Notes under the pieces: generated by a model | Databases searched by the model: none | Seen by the model: only the letters and a program-made list of their open reading frames with translations | What the model was told of the DNA's origin: nothing | From: a virus | DNA length: 64,000 nt | Direction: 5' to 3' (one strand) | Virus record (IMG/VR): IMGVR_UViG_3300037755_001058 | Location: 1-64,000 of that record | In this document: one piece after another, positions 17,618-25,595 of the stretch | Layout of the letters: each line of letters starts with the position of its first letter | Numbering within the stretch: the stretch's first letter is position 1 | Position numbers and translations under genes: made by a program

Positions 17618-18324
17618 GCGGCCAGCCCCTGCAGGGCGGCCTGGGGGACCAGGACGAGCCGCGGCGACAGACGCGCCACCGCTCCAGCGGACCCACCGCT
17701 CCCAGTCGCCCAGCCGGCGCCCCAGCTAATCGTGTCCAGCGGATCGCCGTAGGTGTTGTGGGCCCCGGTGAGCGTGTTGGCGTTCACGCCCGTCACCTTG
17801 AGGCCGCCCGCGTCGACACCGTAGGCGGAGACGCGCCCATTGGTGTGGGACACGCCGACCACCACCTGGAGCACGCCTCCCCGCGTGCTCGCGTCCACCG
17901 CCGACGCGTTCGTTATGGACCAGCTCGTGGCGTTGTTCGTGGCGTGCTGGACCCTCCAGTTGCCAGCGACGGCCTCGAGCATCACGGCAGCGCCGAAGGA
18001 GTCGGTTGCGAGTGCGCCGCGCGTCAGCGCGGCCCAGAGTACCACGTCGGCGGGAGGCTCTGCGTCCTCGGACCAGAGCCACAACTGCAACGTGTCGCCC
18101 AGGGTGAACGCTGCACCTGGAGCGCCTAGCGCGTCGACCAGAGGGGCCGAGAAGGACGCGCCCAGGTGCGGGATGCGCGACACCTCGGTCTCGTTCTCGA
18201 CGGTGAGGCGGGTGTACAGGCCCGCCGCCTCGTAGCTGGTTAGGATCGAGCTCGGGTCGGCTGCCGTGCCCGAGCCGACGGGCTGCTGGGCGCGCAACCT
18301 ATTGGTGAGTCCGATGATTCTCAT
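17614..18324 (-). CDS. hypothetical protein (virion/beta-rich)
   Basis: Overlapping stop/start within the operon; Ala/Gly/Thr rich. Confidence 0.65.
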   Translation of the reverse strand: MRIIGLTNRLRAQQPVGSGTAADPSSILTSYEAAGLYTRLTVENETEVSRIPHLGASFSAPLVDALGAPGAAFTLGDTLQLWLWSEDAEPPADVVLWAALTRGALATDSFGAAVMLEAVAGNWRVQHATNNATSWSITNASAVDASTRGGVLQVVVGVSHTNGRVSAYGVDAGGLKVTGVNANTLTGAHNTYGDPLDTISWGAGWATGSGGSAGAVARLSPRLVLVPQAALQGLAA

Positions 18325-18812
18325 ACCAGCCCCGGGACTAGTGCCGTATCGTTTTTGATTGAATCGGCAGTGGCCTGAATCGCCGCGATGTCAGTGTCCA
18401 CGCCGCCTATGTCTGTAACGGCCTGCGCGGCGTCGGCGGCAATGTTGGCGATCCTCTCGCCGTAGGTCCCTGCCGTCTCGTCACCAGCATCGTCGTTGGC
18501 AGTGGGATCTACCGTGTCCACCACCGCGCCGCCACCCTGCTGACCTACAACGTAGGTCATGATGGAGAACGGGGTGTTATCGTACAGGTCCGGGTCACAG
18601 CCGGCCTCTTGGTCTTCGGGATCGGCGGCACCACCGTGCCACGCCGATCCGACCAGAAGCTCCAACCCACTGATGGTAACGGTATCGTACGGGGCTGAGG
18701 CCCCCGGATCTCCGAGAGCTACCCGCAGAGGGGCGTACGTGGTACTGTCAGACGCGTACAACGCCTCCACAACACCAACGATGGTGGCCTTGATGTTCGC
18801 GTCTGCTGGCAC
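18321..18812 (-). CDS. hypothetical protein
   Basis: First gene of the minus-strand operon; acidic, coiled-coil-like C-terminus. Confidence 0.6.
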   Translation of the reverse strand: MPADANIKATIVGVVEALYASDSTTYAPLRVALGDPGASAPYDTVTISGLELLVGSAWHGGAADPEDQEAGCDPDLYDNTPFSIMTYVVGQQGGGAVVDTVDPTANDDAGDETAGTYGERIANIAADAAQAVTDIGGVDTDIAAIQATADSIKNDTALVPGLV

Positions 18813-19012
18813 GGAATTTACCTATCGTGGGTGGTATTCCCGTATCATTGCGAGGACATCGAATATAGTCGAACAGGGATGTCACACACGGCCGATCGGG
18901 AGAGGGACCCAACCGATCGACCGTGCGTGACCGGCCCCCACCACAGGGCCGCCCTTATCATAAAGCAGCGTAACACCTGGGTCCTATTCAGTCCAATTCG
19001 TGAGGAACCGAG

Positions 19013-19244
19013 ATGACCATCGATGACTTGATCGCGCAACTCGAAGAACTCAGGGAGGCAGCGCCTTAGTGGTGGCGACACCGAGGTGCTCGTCGCTACT
19101 CAACGGGAATGGCCGTTGGCACTCGTCGTGGAGCGGCTGTCCGTGGTGACGGAGGACTGCGATGAGCCGGCGGTGTGGATCGCCACCGGAGGCCATCCAT
19201 CGTGGCGGCGTCCGTACGCTCCGAAGGAGGCGTGGGATGAGTAG
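19013..19244 (+). pseudogene. small phage gene split by a +1 frameshift at CCT-TAG-T
   Basis: MTIDDLIAQLEELREAAP* continues in the +1 frame as SGGDTEVLVATQREWPL...PYAPKEAWDE*, ending across the next ATG. Confidence 0.6.
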
Positions 19245-19782
19245 GGATCCGTTCCGGTTGGCTCATGGGATCGATCCGTCGTCCGAGTACGAGTGGGCCG
19301 ATCTCAGGGCTAAGGTGGTTCGTGAGGTTATCGACGGACTGTCTCCTCTGCTCCTGGCGCAGGAGATGGTGGGTTCGACTGGATCGCACGAAGCGGCTCA
19401 ATTTGAGCACCGGTGGCGTGTGACCCTCGCGTCCATGTTCCACGTCAGGACCAGACGCGAGCAGGGCCATCCCACTCTGTGGAGATTCCTCTACAGGTGG
19501 CCGTCTGTGGTCCAGGTGGCCGATGCATCGGTTCAGGAGATTCAAGGTGTCGTCAGACCCCTGGGACTTCAGGTGCGTCGCGGCCGTCTCATCAAGACCG
19601 CTGCGAGGCAGCACATCATGGGTGTTCGTCCGTGGCCGGCCGACCCTGATGTTCCCATGGCGGGGGTCGGCCAGTACGTCATGGACGCGTACAGGATCTT
19701 CGCACTGAAGGAGAACATCTCTACTGACGACAGAGAGCTGAGGGCGTTCGTAGCATGGAGGCTACGAAACAGGTCGGGGTGA
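19237..19782 (+). CDS. MBD4-like HhH-GPD DNA glycosylase (T:G/U:G mismatch)
   Basis: SPLLLAQE...WRVTLASMFHVRT...LWRFLYRWPS...RPLGL..RR...GVGQYVMDAYRIF...DDREL closely parallels the MBD4 glycosylase domain. Confidence 0.85.
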   Translation: MSRDPFRLAHGIDPSSEYEWADLRAKVVREVIDGLSPLLLAQEMVGSTGSHEAAQFEHRWRVTLASMFHVRTRREQGHPTLWRFLYRWPSVVQVADASVQEIQGVVRPLGLQVRRGRLIKTAARQHIMGVRPWPADPDVPMAGVGQYVMDAYRIFALKENISTDDRELRAFVAWRLRNRSG

Positions 19783-19803
19783 CACCCTGGACGAGGGTGT
19801 CAC
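19779..19803. repeat. 10-bp hairpin preceding an extended -10 element TGGTAAGGT (19809-19817)
   Basis: GTGACACCCT-GGACG-AGGGTGTCAC. Confidence 0.7.
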
Positions 19804-19823
19804 CTACGTGGTAAGGTTAGCGT

Positions 19824-20510
19824 ATGGATCTCTCGGAAGAGCAGCTGTCCGTGATCGAACGAGTGTCTCGGTGTGAGTCGCCGCTGACTACGCTCAGGCT
19901 CGTGTTCGCCGACCCGGCCGAGGCGTTCGTGTGCTCCCCGGTGCCGTTCACGATCCGTGAACTTGCGAAGCTCTACGAGGATACGGTCCCGAACGCCGTG
20001 GCCAGGACCAGGTTCATCACCGATCTACGCCGCCGGTCGTCTCTCGAGCGCTGGACCGAGCAGCGCGCGCAGTTTCAGACCGCGCGAAACATGGCCCGTA
20101 GACAGGCGCTACTCAAGGCTGAAGCCGACGTGTGGGCGATCCTCGGTCTCGAGTTCCACTCGAAGCGCATCCGCGGCCTGATGGATAGGTACGAGATGCT
20201 CCTGGACTACGTGGTTCGGAAGCTCGAGGAGATCGAGTCCTCCAGTCCTGATGTGGAGGGAGGACGACTCGATTTCGACGATCCCTTGCGCGATGCGTGC
20301 AAGGCACTCGACCAGGTCGAATCTCGGCTCGTGGAGATCATGCCAGAGTTGAACCTTCGTACGAAGGCCCTGGATGCATGGATGTCGGGGTCGGAGGGGC
20401 GTGACAAGCTCCTCGACGATTGCGAGGTAAAGCTGGTTAGCTTGCGCTCGGGAGAGAGGGCGATGGCCACCTTCGACCTCATCGAGGGTGGCTTCAACAA
20501 GGAGGAATGA
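19824..20510 (+). CDS. helical protein, possibly terminase small subunit
   Basis: TIRELAKLY HTH-like segment then RRSSLERWTEQRAQF and a coiled coil, as in many TerS proteins; weak. Confidence 0.4.
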   Translation: MDLSEEQLSVIERVSRCESPLTTLRLVFADPAEAFVCSPVPFTIRELAKLYEDTVPNAVARTRFITDLRRRSSLERWTEQRAQFQTARNMARRQALLKAEADVWAILGLEFHSKRIRGLMDRYEMLLDYVVRKLEEIESSSPDVEGGRLDFDDPLRDACKALDQVESRLVEIMPELNLRTKALDAWMSGSEGRDKLLDDCEVKLVSLRSGERAMATFDLIEGGFNKEE

Positions 20511-20971
20511 TGTCGGACGGTTCCTTAATCGACCGCGTGGCCTCCATCGAGCGGGCCGTTCTCGGGATGGATGGGCTCCTGGTCCGTCAGGCCGTCTCCG
20601 ACACGAAACTCGAGAAGGTCGGTGATGAGGTCGGACAGATTCGAGGAATGCTCGAGAAGCTCGTCGCAAAGAGCGACGAGGGCAGTCGTCCGAAGAAGGT
20701 GAACGGCGAGCCAGAGAAGTCCGGGCCAGCTGCGTCGCTGACGATCAACCTGGCCCCCAAGGGAGCCAAGGACATCGGAATCATCGGTGGGGTGTTCACC
20801 ACCCTCGTTGGCGGGCCTCTGATGCTGTGGCTGTACATGGCGCAGTCGCTTCCAGCTGAGATCAAGGCGGCCGTGAATCGAACCTTCGTGGTGCACCAGC
20901 TCGAGTCTCCGTCTGGGTCAACGAATGGTCGTCAGAGCTACTCTCCGGGAAAGGACGAACCCACGGAGTGA
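20507..20971 (+). CDS. coiled-coil plus single-TM membrane protein (holin-like?)
   Basis: N-terminal heptads; TM IGIIGGVFTTLVGGPLMLWLYM. Confidence 0.55.
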   Translation: MMSDGSLIDRVASIERAVLGMDGLLVRQAVSDTKLEKVGDEVGQIRGMLEKLVAKSDEGSRPKKVNGEPEKSGPAASLTINLAPKGAKDIGIIGGVFTTLVGGPLMLWLYMAQSLPAEIKAAVNRTFVVHQLESPSGSTNGRQSYSPGKDEPTE

Positions 20972-21020
20972 CACGGCTTCAAGTTGAGAGATATTCTTAG
21001 CTTGGAGGTAGATCACGCCG

Positions 21021-21347
21021 ATGATCAGACACGATACGATCGTCGATTGTGGTGTTCGTAGAGTACGCGAGGTACGGACGGATTGGCCCAGGGGGGGTCA
21101 GACCATGCACGTTCTCGTGGTACGAGGTCCGAACGCACTGACACGTCCAGACCGATCCATACCGGTTCTCGAGGAGCTTCAAGGTTCCATCGTCGAGATC
21201 AACTCCTACGAATGGGGGGATCTTCGTGTGATCACAGCGTTCACTGGATCACCACCGGACGGATGGGTGTGGGCTCCGATCGTCGATATTCAATGGGAAT
21301 CGCCGTTCGGGGATTCCATGGGGGAGGCACTTCTCTGTGGAGGATGA
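21021..21347 (+). CDS. hypothetical protein
   Basis: GGAGG upstream. Confidence 0.55.
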   Translation: MIRHDTIVDCGVRRVREVRTDWPRGGQTMHVLVVRGPNALTRPDRSIPVLEELQGSIVEINSYEWGDLRVITAFTGSPPDGWVWAPIVDIQWESPFGDSMGEALLCGG

Positions 21348-21588
21348 ACCAATCAACTTTCCAGGCTGTGACAGCGTGCCATGGTGGTCTGGGGCGGCGC
21401 TGCTGGCGGCCGTGGCCATGTTCTACGTTGACAGCCAGTCGTGGCTTCCTTGGCTGGCATTCCTGTTCTCAGCCGTGGGTGCGGCCGTGACGGCCCTCCA
21501 CGTTCAGCACATGAACAGGAGAGTCGCTGAGTCGTTCATCGATTCGATCTCGGCTGCCATCGTCATCAAAGAAGGTGGGGACGACTAA
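21337..21588 (+). CDS. two-TM membrane protein
   Basis: Two hydrophobic helices. Confidence 0.55.
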   Translation: MEDEPINFPGCDSVPWWSGAALLAAVAMFYVDSQSWLPWLAFLFSAVGAAVTALHVQHMNRRVAESFIDSISAAIVIKEGGDD

Positions 21589-23226
21589 GTGTTCGTCGGT
21601 GATGTAGTTCCTATGTCCCATCAGCGTGAGGACGTCGAACGGTTGTCGGCATTCTCACGAATTCATGTGTGGAACGGGCTAGGTACCGGGAAGACGTTCA
21701 CCGTGGTGTGGTGGTTAGCATCTCTCTGGATGCGTGGTGTAGTGGACGAGGTGGTACTGCTAGCCCCAGGCATGTGCCTTGCGGACTGGCGCAGTTCGTT
21801 CGAGCGCGCGATGCCAGATGGATTGGTCGACTTCACCGACTGTCGGCCTCCTGATGCCGGTCTGGTTCGTGAGGCGTTAGAATCCCGGCTAAGACCTCCA
21901 CAGCACGCGTTGAGCGTCTACTCCACCACGTACGGTGGCCTCAGGGATCTGTTAGCCCTCAAGACTAGGGGGTGGGCGGTCGACGAAGCGGACAGGATGT
22001 TGGTGGGTGCCAGAGGTAGACGCACAGCATTCGTAGTTGATGAGGCTCAGGGCGTGGCCCTGTCGAATTCCGCACAGGGAGTCGCGGCCAGGGGGCTCGC
22101 GGCGTGCTGCAGGGCCGTATGTGGGATTACGGCCACTCCGGTGGGTAGACCGGAGCACCTGCGACTCTGGGGGTTGACCGGCCTAGTACGTCCTGACATT
22201 CTCACCAGGCTTCCGGTCGATATGTACAAGCCGAGGCCCAACGCGCCTCCAACGCCGGCAGGTAGGCCAGGTTCGTTCGACGCGTTCAAGTACCGGTTCG
22301 CGTTCCTGCGAGACCCGATGGAATCAAAGTGTAGGGGATTCCGGGTATCTCGGGCATTTCCGGTCGACGTGTACGTGGACAGGATCGAACACGAGATCCT
22401 AAGGCCGCAGGCTCCGTTCACGGTGCGCCGACGAAAGGAGGACTGTCTCGACCTTCCACCGAAGGTAAGGTTGATGCGGGCTATGCGATTGTCAGCTAAC
22501 GCACAACGGGCGATGATCGGTTTGGTGGAAGATGACCGGGCTATCCTAGAGGACGGTCATGCCGTCGTACCAGCAAATGTTCTAGAGGAGCGTCTTCGTA
22601 CGATCGAGCTATGCGGGGGATGGCTCGAGGGGCGACCTGTGCATGATGGGAAGCTTCGTCTTCTCAGAGATACCCTGCTGGAGGTGGAAGAAGCCGTTGG
22701 AGCCAACGCTCCGATCCACGTTTGGGCCTCTCGTAGCAGGGAGGTGTTCGCAGCCGCAATGGTGTGTGGCTCGGCCAAGCCTGAGGATGCGATGAGGATC
22801 GCATCCGAGGTCTACCCGCCGGATGGTACGGTGGTGGATCGTACTCGGTACCGAATGGAAGTACAGTCGTTGGAACGACGGGGTGTTGGGGTCATTCACG
22901 GGCCAACGGAGTCCAGAGATCGAGAACGTATCCAGACCGAATGGAAGAGCGGATCGATCAAGCGAGTAGTAGCCCATCCAGGCGTTGCTGGAGCCGGCTT
23001 GAACTGGCAGCACTCCAAGGCCGCGCTGTACTATTCGCAGCCGCTCGGCACCATCGCTAGACAGCAGAGCGAGGACAGGGTCCACAGGAAGGGCCTAACC
23101 CACGAGGCGCTAATCTACGACATGGTCGTGGAGAATGGGCCGGACTTCGAAGTTGCACGGGCCCATGCGCAACAGCGGAATGCAGCCGCAGCCATGCTCG
23201 ACTGGTTGTCCAGTATGATGGGGTAA
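21589..23226 (+). CDS. SNF2-like SF2 helicase/ATPase
   Basis: GLGTGKT, VVDEAQ, ITATP, RRRKEDCLDLPPK, GAGLN, QSEDRVHRKG. Confidence 0.9.
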   Translation: MFVGDVVPMSHQREDVERLSAFSRIHVWNGLGTGKTFTVVWWLASLWMRGVVDEVVLLAPGMCLADWRSSFERAMPDGLVDFTDCRPPDAGLVREALESRLRPPQHALSVYSTTYGGLRDLLALKTRGWAVDEADRMLVGARGRRTAFVVDEAQGVALSNSAQGVAARGLAACCRAVCGITATPVGRPEHLRLWGLTGLVRPDILTRLPVDMYKPRPNAPPTPAGRPGSFDAFKYRFAFLRDPMESKCRGFRVSRAFPVDVYVDRIEHEILRPQAPFTVRRRKEDCLDLPPKVRLMRAMRLSANAQRAMIGLVEDDRAILEDGHAVVPANVLEERLRTIELCGGWLEGRPVHDGKLRLLRDTLLEVEEAVGANAPIHVWASRSREVFAAAMVCGSAKPEDAMRIASEVYPPDGTVVDRTRYRMEVQSLERRGVGVIHGPTESRDRERIQTEWKSGSIKRVVAHPGVAGAGLNWQHSKAALYYSQPLGTIARQQSEDRVHRKGLTHEALIYDMVVENGPDFEVARAHAQQRNAAAAMLDWLSSMMG

Positions 23227-23239
23227 TGGGGGTTACCCA

Positions 23240-24103
23240 ATGGCCAGCGTTCCGCGCCCGCCCAGCAACAAGAGGAAAGCCGAGATCGACAAGGAGAGCC
23301 TCGCCACTCTGATAGAGGCGAGGCGGCTAGAGGATGAGGTCTTGAGGGATGTGGTCCCACAAGGCCCACGACCGAGACGTGCCATTATCCGCGACAAGCT
23401 CATCAGGTCATCAGACGCGGCTGATGACCAACGGTTTGTGGAATCCCAACGGTTGTGCTGGCACGCTGCCCATCTCATCGAGTACACCGTCTATACGGTT
23501 GCCCGTAAATGGGCGGCCCATAATGATAGCGTGTGTGATGAGGAGAGGGCCTGGGGTATGTGGGGCGCGTTCGAGGCCGCCAGGAGGTTCGATCCGGATA
23601 TGGGCGTCCTGTTCAGGACGTACGCGCGATGGTGGATCAGGGCGAAGATCACCAGGTCCATGCCCAATTCGAACCTTCCGGCTGGAAAGATCGAACAGGT
23701 GAGAAACCTACAGATCCTCAGAGATGAAGGAATCACCGATACTGACACGGTATGCCGGCGGATGGGCATAGACCGAGAGAGTCTGGAGAGGCTCAAGGTC
23801 TACGCGATGTCGAAATACTCCGTGTCTCTGGATTCTGGGCAGACCGACGAATATGACGATGTCCCGTTGGTTCTTGCATCTCCTGAGCCGGACTACCATG
23901 GTAGAGACATCGAGAAGCTGGTAGAGGCGCTGGACTCCCTCAGCGAACGTGAGAGGCACGTGGTGATCTGGAGGTACGGCATCGGTCAGTTAGAGCCAGT
24001 TCCTCTGTCTGAGGTCGGTCGTCGGCTGGATCTCTCGCGCGAGCGGGCCAGGCAGATCGAGGCCAAAGCCATCGAAGAGCTGAGACTCGCCCTCGCGGGT
24101 TAA
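23240..24103 (+). CDS. RNA polymerase sigma-70 family factor
   Basis: Region 2 AARRFDPDMGVLFRTYARWWIR; region 4 LSERERHVV..RYG...LSEVGRRLDLSRERARQIEAKA. Confidence 0.92.
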   Translation: MASVPRPPSNKRKAEIDKESLATLIEARRLEDEVLRDVVPQGPRPRRAIIRDKLIRSSDAADDQRFVESQRLCWHAAHLIEYTVYTVARKWAAHNDSVCDEERAWGMWGAFEAARRFDPDMGVLFRTYARWWIRAKITRSMPNSNLPAGKIEQVRNLQILRDEGITDTDTVCRRMGIDRESLERLKVYAMSKYSVSLDSGQTDEYDDVPLVLASPEPDYHGRDIEKLVEALDSLSERERHVVIWRYGIGQLEPVPLSEVGRRLDLSRERARQIEAKAIEELRLALAG

Positions 24104-24152
24104 GACACGCACTTCCGATAGTCACCCACGATGAGTATGGTGGATACACCCT

Positions 24153-24437
24153 ATGGGTGTATCCACCCACCAAGGAGGGCAGTTGCCGAGGATGATTACT
24201 GTCAGCAAGGGTACCCTTGCGAAGGTTGAGATCACTGTAGGAGGTGACGCTCAGCTCGATGTCAAGTACTGGCCTCATGAGAACGCAGCCGTTCATCTGC
24301 TGGTCCTGGCGCTCGACGCCCTGGGGTACGAGGCCTCCCTCATTAAGAGGACCGACGGGGATACCAGTAGTGCTGTGGTACTCACCGATGTTCAAGACGC
24401 AGATTTTGCGTCTCTCGGAGAACCGGCCGTCGGATAG
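24153..24437 (+). CDS. hypothetical protein
   Basis: Short ORF between sigma and the SSB-like gene; start uncertain. Confidence 0.45.
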   Translation: MGVSTHQGGQLPRMITVSKGTLAKVEITVGGDAQLDVKYWPHENAAVHLLVLALDALGYEASLIKRTDGDTSSAVVLTDVQDADFASLGEPAVG

Positions 24438-24519
24438 TAACGACCATCGGTTCTGGCCCTACTGCCGCAAACGCGGTATGGGTGTAGAACCATCAGACCA
24501 TCACAAAAGAGAGGGAAGG

Positions 24520-25578
24520 ATGGCACGAAAGAAGGAAGAGGAGACGGAGACGGGACTCGCTGTCGTGGAAGAAGACGACATGATGGTTCCCGTGATCGCC
24601 CCGACCTACGGGGAGGATGACGCAGGTCTCGGGTCGGAGGACGTCGGCGCGGGGGACGTGATCCTCCCGCGCGTCAGCCTGCTTCAGGGGTTGTCCACCG
24701 CCGTCGCCGAGGACCTTCCCGGTGCCAAGGCCGGCGTGTACTGGCTCACCCCCGCCAACAGGCCGCTCGGGAAGCCCGGAGACCCGATTCGGTTCACCGT
24801 GGTTCGCATCTACCCCACACAGCGGCTGTGGACCCCCCTGAACGAGGGAGGTGGGATCATCTGTGAGGCACCGGACGGGAAGCTCATCGCTAGCAACCCG
24901 TTCGGCCTGACCGACGCCGAACTCGACATCTCCATCGAGAATGGAGTGGCCACGGGGATCGAGTGGCGGGGTGGCGAGCCGACCGATCGGTGCGCCGAGT
25001 GTGTGTACGGACCAGGCGCTTCGGCCGCTCTCAGTGGCCGCAAGAACGCTCGGGGTGGTGGCAGCGGATGGCTGCCGAAGGTCATCGAGCGTGACGGTCA
25101 GCACATCCGTCTCTCGGACGAGCTCCGTGCACCACGCTGCACCCAGGGTCTCGACGCCCTGGTCCTGGTGGCCGTTCCCGAGTTCAACGATCCGGACTCC
25201 GGCATCTCCCTCCCCAGGGACATCATGCCGGCGTTCATCACCTTCACCCGCACGAGCTTCTCTGCCGGACGAAGCTTGGCGGGTCAGATCAAGACCGCCG
25301 CCCGTGAGCCGGCGTGGTCCCGCGTCTTCGCTCTCGGGGCGAAGAAGGTGACCAACGACAAGGGCACGTTCTTCGTGTCGACCGTTCAGCAGCTCGGGTT
25401 CAGCAGTCAGCGGCTCTTGCAGTCTGCCCGTGAGCTGTACGATGCGACCAGCGATCGGGCGTACCGCCCGGCGATGGACGGGGTCCAGGAGGAGACCTCC
25501 TCCGGCCACTCGCACGCCGAGGATTCCATCGCGAAGCCTCCCTCCGATGATGAGCCCGCCCCGGACGACTCGTTCTGA
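24520..25578 (+). CDS. putative ssDNA-binding/annealing protein
   Basis: DVILPRVSLLQGLS motif, NDKGTFFV, acidic tail ending in F; lies upstream of the primase. Confidence 0.6.
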   Translation: MARKKEEETETGLAVVEEDDMMVPVIAPTYGEDDAGLGSEDVGAGDVILPRVSLLQGLSTAVAEDLPGAKAGVYWLTPANRPLGKPGDPIRFTVVRIYPTQRLWTPLNEGGGIICEAPDGKLIASNPFGLTDAELDISIENGVATGIEWRGGEPTDRCAECVYGPGASAALSGRKNARGGGSGWLPKVIERDGQHIRLSDELRAPRCTQGLDALVLVAVPEFNDPDSGISLPRDIMPAFITFTRTSFSAGRSLAGQIKTAAREPAWSRVFALGAKKVTNDKGTFFVSTVQQLGFSSQRLLQSARELYDATSDRAYRPAMDGVQEETSSGHSHAEDSIAKPPSDDEPAPDDSF

Positions 25579-25595
25579 CAACGGGCTGACATCGC

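Noticed and set aside
16881-17696. N-terminal 270 aa of the 650-aa minus ORF
   Set aside because: Arg/Pro-rich shadow of the esterase gene; the real start is the GTG at 16880 overlapping the esterase stop.
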